Below are positions 27,004-36,105 of a stretch of DNA of 64,000 bases, one piece after another. The notes under the pieces are model-generated. The model searched no databases and was not told the origin of the DNA. It saw only the letters and a list, made by a program, of their open reading frames with translations. The stretch lies in assembly GCA_963822445.1 (NCBI GenBank), contig CAWGHO010000001.1, positions 1,472,001-1,536,000 of the forward strand. Reading direction: 5' to 3'. Within the stretch, counting starts at the first letter, position 1. Each line of letters starts with the position of its first letter. Origin of the DNA: an uncultured Acidobacteriota bacterium (GTDB taxonomy: Bacteria > Acidobacteriota > Thermoanaerobaculia > Gp7-AA8). A program made the translations under genes and the position numbers.

Positions 27004-28446
27004 ATGAAGCCGGAGCGCGCGCAGCTCGAATCCGTTCTCGCCTCGCTTCGCTCCCCCTCCCTTCGTTACGCCGACGTCCGTTTCACCGAGACCCATCAGC
27101 AGCACGTCAAAGTCCGCAATGGTGAGGTCGATCATCTTTCCTCGACCGTCGATCGCGCCGTCGGCGTCCGCGTGCTGGTCGGCAACGGCTGGGGATTCGC
27201 GGCGTCGAGCGACGTGAGCGACGCGTCGATCAAGCGAACCGCATTGCGCGCGCTCGAAGTCGCCGCAGCCAGCAATCTCGCCTCGACCCAGCAAGTGCGG
27301 CTCAGCGACGTCGATGCATACGTCGCGAGGGTCGAGACGCCGTTCCAGATCGATCCCTGGTCGGTGCCGATCGCGAAGAAAATCGAGCATCTAATGCAGG
27401 CCACCGAGCCGATGCGCGGCGATCCGCGCATCCATCAGGTCTCCGGCGAGATCTCCTGCTACCGCCAGGCGAAGATCTTCGCCTCAACGGAAGGCAGTTC
27501 CATCGAGCAGACCTCGACCCAGATGGGCGGCGGCATCGAGGCCGTGGCCATCGATGCCGGCGAGTTTCAGCGCCGCACGTATCCCAATCCGTTCGGCGGC
27601 GATTTTCAGGCCGAGGGATGGGAATTCATCGAGCGTCTGGACATGCCCGGCAAGGCCCTGCAGATCCGCGACGAGGCGCTGGCGCTCCTCGCCGCACCGA
27701 AGGCACCGGCCGGCCGCTTCGATCTGATCGTCGGATCGGCGCAGCTCGCCCTGCAGGTCCACGAATCCTGCGGTCATCCAACGGAGCTCGACCGCGCCCT
27801 CGGCCTGGAGATCTCCCTCGCCGGCGGTTCGTTCCTGCAGTTGCCGATGCTCGACAACTTCCGCTACGGCTCGGACCTGGTGAACATCGTCGCCGACGCG
27901 ACGATCCCCGGCTCGATCGGCAGCTTTGCCTTCGACGACGACGGCGTTCCCGGGCAACGCTTCCATCTCGTCGAGAACGGCATGTTCGTTGGCTATCTCA
28001 CCGGCCGCGACACCGCGCCGGACATCGGCCGCGCGTCGAACGGCACCGTCCGCGCGGAGAGCGCGTCGCGAATCCCCATCATCCGCATGACCAACATCAA
28101 CCTCGAGCCGGGCGACGTACCGCTCGACCAGATCATCGCCGACACAAAGCGCGGGATTTTCGTGGAGACGAACAAGTCCTGGTCGATCGACGACCTCCGC
28201 CTGAACTTCCAGTTCGGCTGCGAGGTCGCTTGGGAGATCGAGAACGGCCGCCTCGGCCGCATGCTCCGCAACCCGCTCTACACCGGCAACACGCCCGGCT
28301 TCTGGCGATCGTGCGACGCCATTGCCGACCGCTCCTCCTGGCAGATCTGGGGACTGCCGAATTGCGGCAAAGGCGATCCGATGCAGACCATGCGGGTTGC
28401 CCACGGTGCGCCGGCGGCGAGGTTCAGGAACGTGGAGATGGGATGA
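27004..28446 (+). CDS. tldD: TldD metalloprotease
   Basis: GVRVLVGNGWGFA, HESCGHPTE, FDDDG, RMTN and CGKG motifs; TATAAT at 26987-26992. Confidence 0.92.
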   Translation: MKPERAQLESVLASLRSPSLRYADVRFTETHQQHVKVRNGEVDHLSSTVDRAVGVRVLVGNGWGFAASSDVSDASIKRTALRALEVAAASNLASTQQVRLSDVDAYVARVETPFQIDPWSVPIAKKIEHLMQATEPMRGDPRIHQVSGEISCYRQAKIFASTEGSSIEQTSTQMGGGIEAVAIDAGEFQRRTYPNPFGGDFQAEGWEFIERLDMPGKALQIRDEALALLAAPKAPAGRFDLIVGSAQLALQVHESCGHPTELDRALGLEISLAGGSFLQLPMLDNFRYGSDLVNIVADATIPGSIGSFAFDDDGVPGQRFHLVENGMFVGYLTGRDTAPDIGRASNGTVRAESASRIPIIRMTNINLEPGDVPLDQIIADTKRGIFVETNKSWSIDDLRLNFQFGCEVAWEIENGRLGRMLRNPLYTGNTPGFWRSCDAIADRSSWQIWGLPNCGKGDPMQTMRVAHGAPAARFRNVEMG

Positions 28447-29798
28447 AGAGCGAAAGCGATTCGTTCGCCATCCTCGACGCGATTCTCAACGCCGCAAACG
28501 CGGATGAAGCCGACGCGGCGTTCATCTCCGTCGATCAGAACATCTCCCGCTTCGCCAATTCGCAACTGCACCAGAACATGTCCGAAGAGAGCGCGTGGCT
28601 CACCCTGCGCGTGATCGTGGATGGGGCGATGGGCGTGGCCACGACGACGAGCTTCGAGGCCGAGGACATCGCCGAGACCGCGGAGATCGCGCGTGAAGCG
28701 GCGCGGCACTCAAATCCCGTGCAGGGTTTCAAAGGTTTGTATCGCGACAACGAGCCCGTTCCCGACCTGGACACTTTCGACGAAGCCACCGCCAACATCA
28801 GCCCGGCGACGAAGGCACGCGCGTTGCGGACGATGTTCGACGCGCACGGCTCGCTGCAGTTCGCCGGCGCGTACGCAACCGGCGCCGTCTCGGTCGCCTG
28901 CGGCAACACGCACGCCATCCGCCGCTTCGCCCGCACGACCTACTCCGACGCCACCGTGATCGCCCTCGGCCAGGACGTTTCCGGCTACGCCACCCAGCGC
29001 GAACAGCGTGCGAACCGCCTGGATCTCGCCGCGCTCGGCAACGAGGCGGCGCTCAAGGCATCGCTCGCCGCGGGCAAAGTCGAAGATCTGCACCCCGGCG
29101 CGTACGACGTGATCCTCGAGCCGCCCGCGCTCGCCGAGGTCTTCGACTGGATGAACATGATCGCGTTCACCGGCCAGTCCTTCGAGGACGGCTCCTCCTT
29201 CTTCGTCGGCAACCTCGGCAAGCGCATCCTCGGCGAGCAATGCACGCTGATCGACGACGCGACCGATCCTGACTTCCTGCCGTTTCCGTTCGATCTCGAA
29301 GGCATGCCCAAGCGGCCCGTGGCGATGATCGACGCAGGAACGATCCGCACGCCCGTGCTCGACAAAGCATGGGCCGATCGCCTCGGTCTGCCCGCGACGG
29401 CGAACGCCTGGTCGCTTGGGTCCTCCGAGCACGGAGCGGCCTTTCACGTATCGATGGCCGGCGGCAATACCACTCGCGAAGAGATGATCGCCTCCACGAA
29501 GCTCGGCATCTGGGTCACGCGCTTCAACTACGTCAACGGCCTGCTCGAGCCGAAAACCGCGCTGATGACCGGGACCACCCGCGACGGGACGTTCCTCATC
29601 CGCGACGGCGAAGTAGTGGCCCGCCTGCCGAACCTCCGCTGGACGCAATCGATGGTCGAAGCCTTCAGCAACATCGAGTCGCTTTCGCGGGAGCGGCGCA
29701 ACGTCGGCACCTGGTACAACACCTTCGGCGGGACGCGGGCTCCGGTGGTGAAGATCAGAGGTTGGCAGATTACGGGCAAACAGGAGAGCGCTGGATAG
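28443..29798 (+). CDS. tldE: TldE/PmbA family protein
   Basis: ATGA overlap with tldD; PGAYDVILEP, PFDLEG and TGTTRDG motifs; no HExxxH. Confidence 0.85.
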   Translation: MKSESDSFAILDAILNAANADEADAAFISVDQNISRFANSQLHQNMSEESAWLTLRVIVDGAMGVATTTSFEAEDIAETAEIAREAARHSNPVQGFKGLYRDNEPVPDLDTFDEATANISPATKARALRTMFDAHGSLQFAGAYATGAVSVACGNTHAIRRFARTTYSDATVIALGQDVSGYATQREQRANRLDLAALGNEAALKASLAAGKVEDLHPGAYDVILEPPALAEVFDWMNMIAFTGQSFEDGSSFFVGNLGKRILGEQCTLIDDATDPDFLPFPFDLEGMPKRPVAMIDAGTIRTPVLDKAWADRLGLPATANAWSLGSSEHGAAFHVSMAGGNTTREEMIASTKLGIWVTRFNYVNGLLEPKTALMTGTTRDGTFLIRDGEVVARLPNLRWTQSMVEAFSNIESLSRERRNVGTWYNTFGGTRAPVVKIRGWQITGKQESAG

Positions 29799-29827
29799 CA
29801 GTTTGCAGTCCGAACCGCACTGAACCG

Positions 29828-30751
29828 ATGACGCAGTACATCATCCGGAGATTCCTGCAGATGATCCCGATAACTCTGGGGATCATCACGCTCATCTTCT
29901 CGCTGATCCACCTGATTCCGGGCGACCCGGCGGTGCAGATCGCGGGCGAGGGCGCTCGGCCGGAAGACGTCGCCCAGGTCCGGAAGGATCTTGGGCTCGA
30001 CCTGCCGCTCTGGCAGCAGTACGTGACCTATCTCGGCAATCTGGCGAAGGGCGACCTCGGGATCTCGTTCCGGACGCGGGAAAGCGTGGCCAAGGAGATC
30101 GCCGTCCGCTATCCGGCCACGATGCAGCTCGCGGCCGGGGCGATGTTCGTGGCCCTGCTCGTGGCCTTTCCGCTGGGGATCATTTCCGCGATCTACAGAA
30201 ACTCCTGGATCGACAACGTGGCGCGGTTCTTCGCTCTGATCGGCGTGTCCATGCCCAGCTTCTGGTTCGGTCCGCTGCTGATCATCGCCTTCGCCATCAA
30301 TCACCCCTGGTTCCCCGTCTCCGGCCGGGAGGAAGGCTGGAAGTCGCTGGTGCTCCCCTCGCTGACGATGGGCCTCGCGCTCGCGGCAATCCTCACCCGC
30401 ATGATCCGCGTCAGCCTCGCGGAAGAGCTCAACCAGCTTTACGTAACCACGGCCATCGCCAAGGGCGTGACGCGGCAGAAAGCGATCTTCCGCCACGCGC
30501 TGAAGAACGCGCTCATTCCGGTCATCACCATCCTCGCGCTGCAATTCGGCTCGCTGCTGACCGGCGCGATCATCACCGAGCAGATCTTCTCGTGGCCCGG
30601 CCTGGGACGCCTGCTCATTCAATCGATCAACACCCGCGACTACCCGCAGGTTCAGGCTTCGATTCTGATCATTGCGCTGACGTACATCATGGTGAATTTC
30701 ATTTCGGACCTCCTCTATGGAGTGGTCGATCCGCGGATCAAGCTCGAATGA
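29828..30751 (+). CDS. Peptide/nickel ABC permease (DppB-like)
   Basis: IPGDPA, LGLDLP, ATMQLA, AKG...HALKNA and FSWPGLG motifs. Confidence 0.92.
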   Translation: MTQYIIRRFLQMIPITLGIITLIFSLIHLIPGDPAVQIAGEGARPEDVAQVRKDLGLDLPLWQQYVTYLGNLAKGDLGISFRTRESVAKEIAVRYPATMQLAAGAMFVALLVAFPLGIISAIYRNSWIDNVARFFALIGVSMPSFWFGPLLIIAFAINHPWFPVSGREEGWKSLVLPSLTMGLALAAILTRMIRVSLAEELNQLYVTTAIAKGVTRQKAIFRHALKNALIPVITILALQFGSLLTGAIITEQIFSWPGLGRLLIQSINTRDYPQVQASILIIALTYIMVNFISDLLYGVVDPRIKLE

Positions 30752-30825
30752 GTCGCAGAGTCTCAAAGTCGCAGAGTCTCAGAGAGAAATTCTTTGAGAC
30801 TTTGCGACTCTGAGACTTTGAGACT
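30751..30825. repeat. Inverted octamer tandem-repeat hairpin (AGTC[G/T]CA[A/G])x4 with reverse complement x4
   Basis: AGTCGCAG AGTCTCAA AGTCGCAG AGTCTCAG ... TTGAGACT TTGCGACT CTGAGACT TTGAGACT. Confidence 0.9.
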
Positions 30826-30831
30826 GCGAAC

Positions 30832-31668
30832 ATGAAGACCCTCAAACGCCTGCTGAAGAATTTCGCGTTCACGTCAGGTCTGATCCTGACGCTGCTGCTC
30901 GTCCTCGCGGCGCTGGCGGCACCGCTGCTCGCGACACACGATCCGAATCTGCAGGACACGTCGCGGCGTCTCGAGGCACCGTCGAACGATCATCTTCTCG
31001 GCCTCGACGATCTCGGCCGCGACGTTTACTCGAGAATCATCTACGGCGCGCGGGTCTCGCTCCGCGTCGGCTTCAGCGTGGTCATCGCCGCGTCGCTCAT
31101 CGGCGTCACGCTCGGCGCGATCTCCGGTTACTTCGGCGGCATTGCCGACGTGATCGTGATGCGCCTCTGCGACATCCTCCTCGCCTTCCCGGGAATCCTT
31201 CTCGCCATCGCCCTGGTGGCCGTCCTCGGCCCGAACCTCATCAACGTCATCCTCGCGCTGTCGATCATCGGCTGGGTCGGTTACGCGCGGCTCGTGCGCG
31301 GGCAGGTTCTGAAGGTACGGGAGATGGAGTACGTCGTGGCCGCGAAAGCGCTCGGCGCGAAGTCGCCGCGCGTGATCGTGAAACACGTCCTGCCGAATGT
31401 CATCAATCCGGTGATCGTCATGGCCACCCTCGGCCTGGCCGGCGCGATCCTCGCCGAGGCGGCGCTTTCGTTTCTTGGGCTGGGGGTGCAGCCGCCGACG
31501 CCGTCGTGGGGCGCGATGCTGACGTCCGGCCGCCGCTACCTCGGCCTCGCCAACCATCTGGCGATCTTCCCCGGCGCCGCGATCATGCTCGCCGTGATGG
31601 GCTTGAACTTCCTCGGCGACGGCCTGATCGACGCGCTCGATCCGAAGTACCGCAAAGAAATCCGCTAG
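30832..31668 (+). CDS. Peptide/nickel ABC permease (DppC-like)
   Basis: HLLGLDDLGRDVYSR, HVLPN and LSFLGLGVQPPTPSWG motifs. Confidence 0.92.
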   Translation: MKTLKRLLKNFAFTSGLILTLLLVLAALAAPLLATHDPNLQDTSRRLEAPSNDHLLGLDDLGRDVYSRIIYGARVSLRVGFSVVIAASLIGVTLGAISGYFGGIADVIVMRLCDILLAFPGILLAIALVAVLGPNLINVILALSIIGWVGYARLVRGQVLKVREMEYVVAAKALGAKSPRVIVKHVLPNVINPVIVMATLGLAGAILAEAALSFLGLGVQPPTPSWGAMLTSGRRYLGLANHLAIFPGAAIMLAVMGLNFLGDGLIDALDPKYRKEIR

Positions 31669-31743
31669 GCCGGGCCGGCACGGCCGGCAGCGCTGGTTGC
31701 TGCGCTCGTGCACGTGCGGCTGCCCTGAGGCACACTCTCCGCG

Positions 31744-32454
31744 ATGGCCAATCCCGTCCGCGTTGTCTCCCTGGTTCCCTCACTGACTGAAACCCTCTTC
31801 GACCTCGGCGCCGGCGACGCGGTCGTCGGGATCACCGACTTCTGCATCTTTCCGCCGGATCTCGATCTGCCGCGCGTCGGCGGAACGAAGAATCCGCGCA
31901 TCGACGAGATTCGCGCGCTCGCGCCGGACCTCGTGCACATGAACTTCGAGGAGAACCTCCGGCGTCACGCCGAGGCGATCAGGGAGTTCGCTACGGTCCA
32001 CGTGACTGAGCCGAAGAGGGTCGAGGATGTGATCGGGCTGATCGAGGCGCTCGGCGAGCTGCACGATCGCCGGGAACGGGCCGCGAAACTGGCGAATGAG
32101 TTGCGCGATGCGCTTCGGTCGATGCCGCGGCGCGCGTTCACGTTCGCCTGTCCGATCTGGAAAGACCCCTGGATGTGGTGCGGCGGCGACACGTATGTCT
32201 CGCGGCTCGTCGAAAGCGCGGGTGGGCGGAACGTGCTCGCGGATCGCGAGCGCTATCCGCAGGTGGCGCTGGAAGAGGTGATCGCGTTGCGGCCGGATGT
32301 CGTTTTTCTGCCGGATGAGCCGTACGTGTTCACGGAGGCGGATGCGAAAGCGTTTGAGGGCCCGCGGGTCATCGGCCCCTTCCCTGGCCATCTCTTCACC
32401 TGGCACGGCTCGCGGACGATTCAGGGCCTGCGGTTTCTGAGAGAAGTGGTCTGA
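31744..32454 (+). CDS. Helical-backbone metal/cobalamin-binding protein (BtuF-like) without signal peptide
   Basis: RVVSLVPSLTE, VGGTKNP and EEN motifs. Confidence 0.8.
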   Translation: MANPVRVVSLVPSLTETLFDLGAGDAVVGITDFCIFPPDLDLPRVGGTKNPRIDEIRALAPDLVHMNFEENLRRHAEAIREFATVHVTEPKRVEDVIGLIEALGELHDRRERAAKLANELRDALRSMPRRAFTFACPIWKDPWMWCGGDTYVSRLVESAGGRNVLADRERYPQVALEEVIALRPDVVFLPDEPYVFTEADAKAFEGPRVIGPFPGHLFTWHGSRTIQGLRFLREVV

Positions 32455-32555
32455 ATCGCCCCGGCAGTTAGGAGAAGCGCCAACAGAAAGGGTCACGCAA
32501 GGAGGCGCCGGGGCGATTCAGAACGAAGACAGACTATGCGATAACAGCATAAATG

Positions 32556-33191
32556 TCAACGTTCCAGAAGCTCCTCGGCCCAGCCCCGGATCGTCTCCTC
32601 CACCGCCTCGAGCTGTTTGGTGAAGAAATGGTCCGCGCCGGTCACGGTCACGCTCTCGGCGTTGCGGATCCCCTGGACGAGTTTCTCGAGCTTGGCCGCG
32701 TCGCCATGCTCGTCCTGCGTGCCGTGGATGAAGAGCATCGGCCGCTCGCAGGACCGGAGGTAGCTGAAGTCGTATTTGTTGACCGGGGTGCCGAGGAGGA
32801 ACATCGCATCGACGTCGGTGCGCTCGCAGGCCACGCGGGTCGCGACCCAGGCGCCGAATGAGAATCCGCCGACGATCAGTTTCTTGTCGGGATGCTTGAG
32901 CCTGGCCCACTTGATGGCCGCGGTGACGTCGTCCTGCTCGCCGTCGCCGTTGTCGAACTTGCCGCCGCTCGTGCCGACGCCGCGGAAGTTGAAGCGCAGC
33001 GTGGCCACGTTCGCGTTCTCCAGTCCGCGCGCCGCGCGAAACACGACCTTGTTGTGCAGCGTGCCGCCGCCCGTCGGCAGCGGATGGCAGATCACGGCGA
33101 CGGCCGCGGGATCCTGGAGCTCGCGATAAAGCGCTTCGAGACGGCCGGCCGGGCCGTAGAGATCGACATGACGCAGAGGTTTCGGATTCAC
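32556..33191 (-). CDS. Alpha/beta hydrolase
   Basis: HP..GGTLHNKVV, RFNFRGVG, GFSFG and GADHFF motifs. Confidence 0.88.
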   Translation of the reverse strand: MNPKPLRHVDLYGPAGRLEALYRELQDPAAVAVICHPLPTGGGTLHNKVVFRAARGLENANVATLRFNFRGVGTSGGKFDNGDGEQDDVTAAIKWARLKHPDKKLIVGGFSFGAWVATRVACERTDVDAMFLLGTPVNKYDFSYLRSCERPMLFIHGTQDEHGDAAKLEKLVQGIRNAESVTVTGADHFFTKQLEAVEETIRGWAEELLER

Positions 33192-33496
33192 GACAGCTTC
33201 ACCATCACTCGATCACCTTCCACTCGAACTTCATGCGTCGCGACGGAGATCTCCGGGTTTCCCGGACAGGCACCGGTCGCCAGGTCGAAGCCCCACAGGT
33301 GCCAGGGGCAGGTGATCTCGTCGCCGATCAGGTCTCCTTCAGCAAGCGGGCCACCACGATGGGGGCAGGTGTTGTCGGTCGCGTAAAAGCCTGAGCTCGT
33401 GTGGGAGATGGCGATGGTCCGGCCATCGACGACGCACGCTTTGATCCGGCCCACCGGCAGCTCGCTCACTGCCATGACTTCGATGAACTCGGGCAT
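33188..33496 (-). CDS. Rieske 2Fe-2S ferredoxin
   Basis: CPHRGG...CPWH motifs. Confidence 0.92.
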   Translation of the reverse strand: MPEFIEVMAVSELPVGRIKACVVDGRTIAISHTSSGFYATDNTCPHRGGPLAEGDLIGDEITCPWHLWGFDLATGACPGNPEISVATHEVRVEGDRVMVKLS

Positions 33497-33499
33497 GCG

Positions 33500-33982
33500 T
33501 CAGCTGATCTTGCGCTGCTCGAGATCGTGTCTCGCCGCCGTGGTGTTCTGGTCTTTGTAGTGGTACTGCACGATCCCGTAATCGAGCGAGATGTTCTCGA
33601 CCGGCACGTCGCCGGGGCCGCCGGAGACGGAGTAGTTCGAAATGATGACGTGCTCCATCACCACCTCCAGATATTGGACCGGCCGGTTGCCGGAAGTGCC
33701 GTCCGAACGGAAGCAGGTCAGCGTCGCTTTACCGAACTGCTTTCCGCTCCAGCACGCCTTGAGCAGCTCGTTCGTGGTCCGGTCGAGGTACTTGGTGAAG
33801 CTGAGGTTCGCGTGGGATGCCTGCTCGACCGTCCCGCCGGCCGCGGAGCCGCGCGTCGGGCTGGTGGGCTGCGCGAATCCGTGGCTCCACGAGAGGACCT
33901 CGATCTCGCCCTGATGACCGGCAGCAGTGCTCGCCCCCGAGACCTCGGGATTCTCGAACCTGAGGTACATGTTCGTCGACAT
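33500..33982 (-). CDS. hcp: Type VI secretion tube protein Hcp (orphan)
   Basis: GHQGEIEVLSWSHG, LSFTKYLD, CWSGK and PVENISLDYG; 160 aa from ATG 33982. Confidence 0.9.
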   Translation of the reverse strand: MSTNMYLRFENPEVSGASTAAGHQGEIEVLSWSHGFAQPTSPTRGSAAGGTVEQASHANLSFTKYLDRTTNELLKACWSGKQFGKATLTCFRSDGTSGNRPVQYLEVVMEHVIISNYSVSGGPGDVPVENISLDYGIVQYHYKDQNTTAARHDLEQRKIS

Positions 33983-33990
33983 GCGCCGGA

Positions 33991-35103
33991 TTAGATACGC
34001 ACCGGCCGCGGAATGCCACTCCTGCCAACCGCCGCGGTGCCATCCCAAACGCCGGGAATCGCAGTCGCGCATTCGGGGCACTTGCCGTCGACGAGCCTGT
34101 ACGACGTGACGCGGAAGCCAATCCGTCCGATGACCAGCGCATTGCACGACGGGCAGTGCGTTCCCTCCTTGTCGCCGAATCCGCCCGGAATGTTGCCCGG
34201 GTAGATGTAACGCAGGCCGGCGCGCTTGCCGATGTCGTACGCGCGCAGCAGATGCGACGCCGTCGTCGCGGGATTGGTCATCTTGTAATCCTCGTGGTAC
34301 GCGGTGATGTGCCAGGGGATGTCCGGATCGACGCCGGCCAGGAACTCGGCGATCTTCGTCAACTCTTCATCGGAGTCGTTGAATCCGGGGATGACCAGCG
34401 TGACGATCTCCACCCAGATCCCGCGCTGCTTGAGGCCGATGATCGTGTCGAGGACGGGCTGCAGGACGCCGCCGAGGTCGCGGTAGTGGCGATCGTCGAA
34501 TCCTTTGAGGTCGACCTTGTACATGGTGATGAAGGGCGCGATGTAGTCGAGAACTTCCGGCGTGCCGTTGCCGTTCGAGACGTACGAGCAGATCAGCCCT
34601 TCCTTTTTCGCCTCGCGGAAAACTTCCACTGCCCATTCCGAGGTGATGAGCGGCTCGTTGTAGGTCGAGGTGATGACCGTCGCGCCATGCTTTTTGGCGA
34701 TGCGCACCAGTTCCGCGGGCTCGACATCCTGCGGCGGCGCGATCGCGGCCGGATCGCGCAACGCCTGCGAGGTCACCCAGTTCTGGCAGTAGCCGCAGTG
34801 GTAATCGCAGCCGAGCATGCCGAACGACAACGCCAGCGCGCCGGGGTAAGCGTGAAAGAACGGCTTTTTCTCGATGGGATCGACCTGCAGCGCCGCGACG
34901 TAGCCGCGCGGCACGAGCAGCGTTCCGCCCTCGTTGTAGCGGACCTTGCAGATGCCTTTCAGACCGTCGGGGATTTTGCAGCGGTGTCCGCACGCGAAAC
35001 AGCGGACGGCGTTCTTCTCCAGCTTTTCGTAGAGCTCGCCTTCCACCGTCCGTTTCGAAAGGATCTCGCCCAGCGTCACCTGAGCCTGAGAGGTCGTGGC
35101 CAT
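33991..35103 (-). CDS. amrS: AmmeMemoRadiSam radical SAM enzyme
   Basis: N-terminal CFAC.HRC...GIC, DPIEKKPFFH, CDYHCGYC and YNEP motifs; C-terminal CPSC/CPEC. Confidence 0.9.
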   Translation of the reverse strand: MATTSQAQVTLGEILSKRTVEGELYEKLEKNAVRCFACGHRCKIPDGLKGICKVRYNEGGTLLVPRGYVAALQVDPIEKKPFFHAYPGALALSFGMLGCDYHCGYCQNWVTSQALRDPAAIAPPQDVEPAELVRIAKKHGATVITSTYNEPLITSEWAVEVFREAKKEGLICSYVSNGNGTPEVLDYIAPFITMYKVDLKGFDDRHYRDLGGVLQPVLDTIIGLKQRGIWVEIVTLVIPGFNDSDEELTKIAEFLAGVDPDIPWHITAYHEDYKMTNPATTASHLLRAYDIGKRAGLRYIYPGNIPGGFGDKEGTHCPSCNALVIGRIGFRVTSYRLVDGKCPECATAIPGVWDGTAAVGRSGIPRPVRI

Positions 35104-35109
35104 GGCTGC

Positions 35110-36081
35110 TTAAAACAGCCGCAGGAACCGCGCCATTCGCGCCCGCCGCCAGGAAATCCACCAGCAACCGAGCGCGAGAACGAAGCCGGCCAGGCCATCG
35201 ACGAGGTAGTGCCAGCCGGTGATCATCGACCCGAGAAAAATGGTCGCCGCGAAAATGCCGAAGAGGACTTCGCCCGACGTCCAGAGCCGCCGCATCCACA
35301 AAAACACATACGTTTGAAAGGCGACGTGCAGGCTCGGAAACGCGGCGATCCCGAGCATCAGATGAATCGGGCCATGCTGCTCGCCGCGCGCGGCGCGGAT
35401 CACGTCCTGGTAGTTGCGCATCAGCACGGCCTGCAGGTACTGCGTGCGGGCGAGCACGTGGTCATACGCCAGCCAGACGTCGGGAAACCGATACGCGGGA
35501 CCGAGTGACGGAAAGGCCATGTACAACCAGACCCCCGCGATCCACAGCACGGCGTTGCCGTTCGCGAACGCAACGCGCACGCGGCGGCCGGGATCGGAGA
35601 AGAAGTAGCCCGAAGCGACGATCGTGCTGGCGTAGAAGACGTACGAATACGACCAGTCGATCGTCTTCAGAAAGGCCTCGTTGCCGAGGACGTCGAGAAA
35701 GAAAACGGTTGGCGCGAGGCCGAAGAAAACGAGCTGGTCGAGATCCCACAGTTGCTGATCGAAGAGCACGGGATGGACGACGGGCATGGCCAGCTTGATC
35801 CAGCCGTACGCGAAGAACGTGAGGCCGCCGGCGAAATTGAGGCGCAGCGTCTCCAGCAGCCACGGAAATCTCCGGAAACGCCGCAGATACTGTTTGCGGC
35901 CGGTCGCGAAGGCGACGATGACCCGGACGATGATGCCGATCACCGTGTAGATGAGCAGAGTCAGCGTGAGGGTGAGCGTCCACAACCAGGACGGCCGGAT
36001 TCCGGGGGCGTCACGGGTCAGGATGGCGATCGCGAGGATGTTCGCGATCGCCAGAATCTCCACAAAGTACAAACGCCTCAC
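35110..36081 (-). CDS. PAP2_3/AUR1-like membrane phosphotransferase or phosphatase
   Basis: PSLGP, AFPSLH and GWHYLVD motifs; several TM helices. Confidence 0.8.
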   Translation of the reverse strand: MRRLYFVEILAIANILAIAILTRDAPGIRPSWLWTLTLTLTLLIYTVIGIIVRVIVAFATGRKQYLRRFRRFPWLLETLRLNFAGGLTFFAYGWIKLAMPVVHPVLFDQQLWDLDQLVFFGLAPTVFFLDVLGNEAFLKTIDWSYSYVFYASTIVASGYFFSDPGRRVRVAFANGNAVLWIAGVWLYMAFPSLGPAYRFPDVWLAYDHVLARTQYLQAVLMRNYQDVIRAARGEQHGPIHLMLGIAAFPSLHVAFQTYVFLWMRRLWTSGEVLFGIFAATIFLGSMITGWHYLVDGLAGFVLALGCWWISWRRARMARFLRLF

Positions 36082-36105
36082 GCGGCGAAGATTACACTCC
36101 GCCGC
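36082..36105. promoter_or_regulatory. Overlapping divergent -10 hexamers serving two leaderless genes
   Basis: Plus strand TACACT 36093-36098, 7 nt, ATG 36106. Minus strand TAATCT 36094-36089, 7 nt, GTG 36081. Confidence 0.65.

Noticed and set aside
30751-30825. Short repeats here and at 17619, 40184, 41782, 45801 and 62314 as CRISPR arrays
   Set aside because: Units are 7-8 bp, contiguous and inverted, with no unique spacers and no cas genes.
31669-31743. Cobalamin riboswitch upstream of the BtuF-like gene
   Set aside because: The region is only 75 bp, has no recognisable B12 box, and the gene appears leaderless.
33500-33982. A T6SS gene cluster
   Set aside because: Only hcp is present; no other tss, vgrG or PAAR genes in the window.
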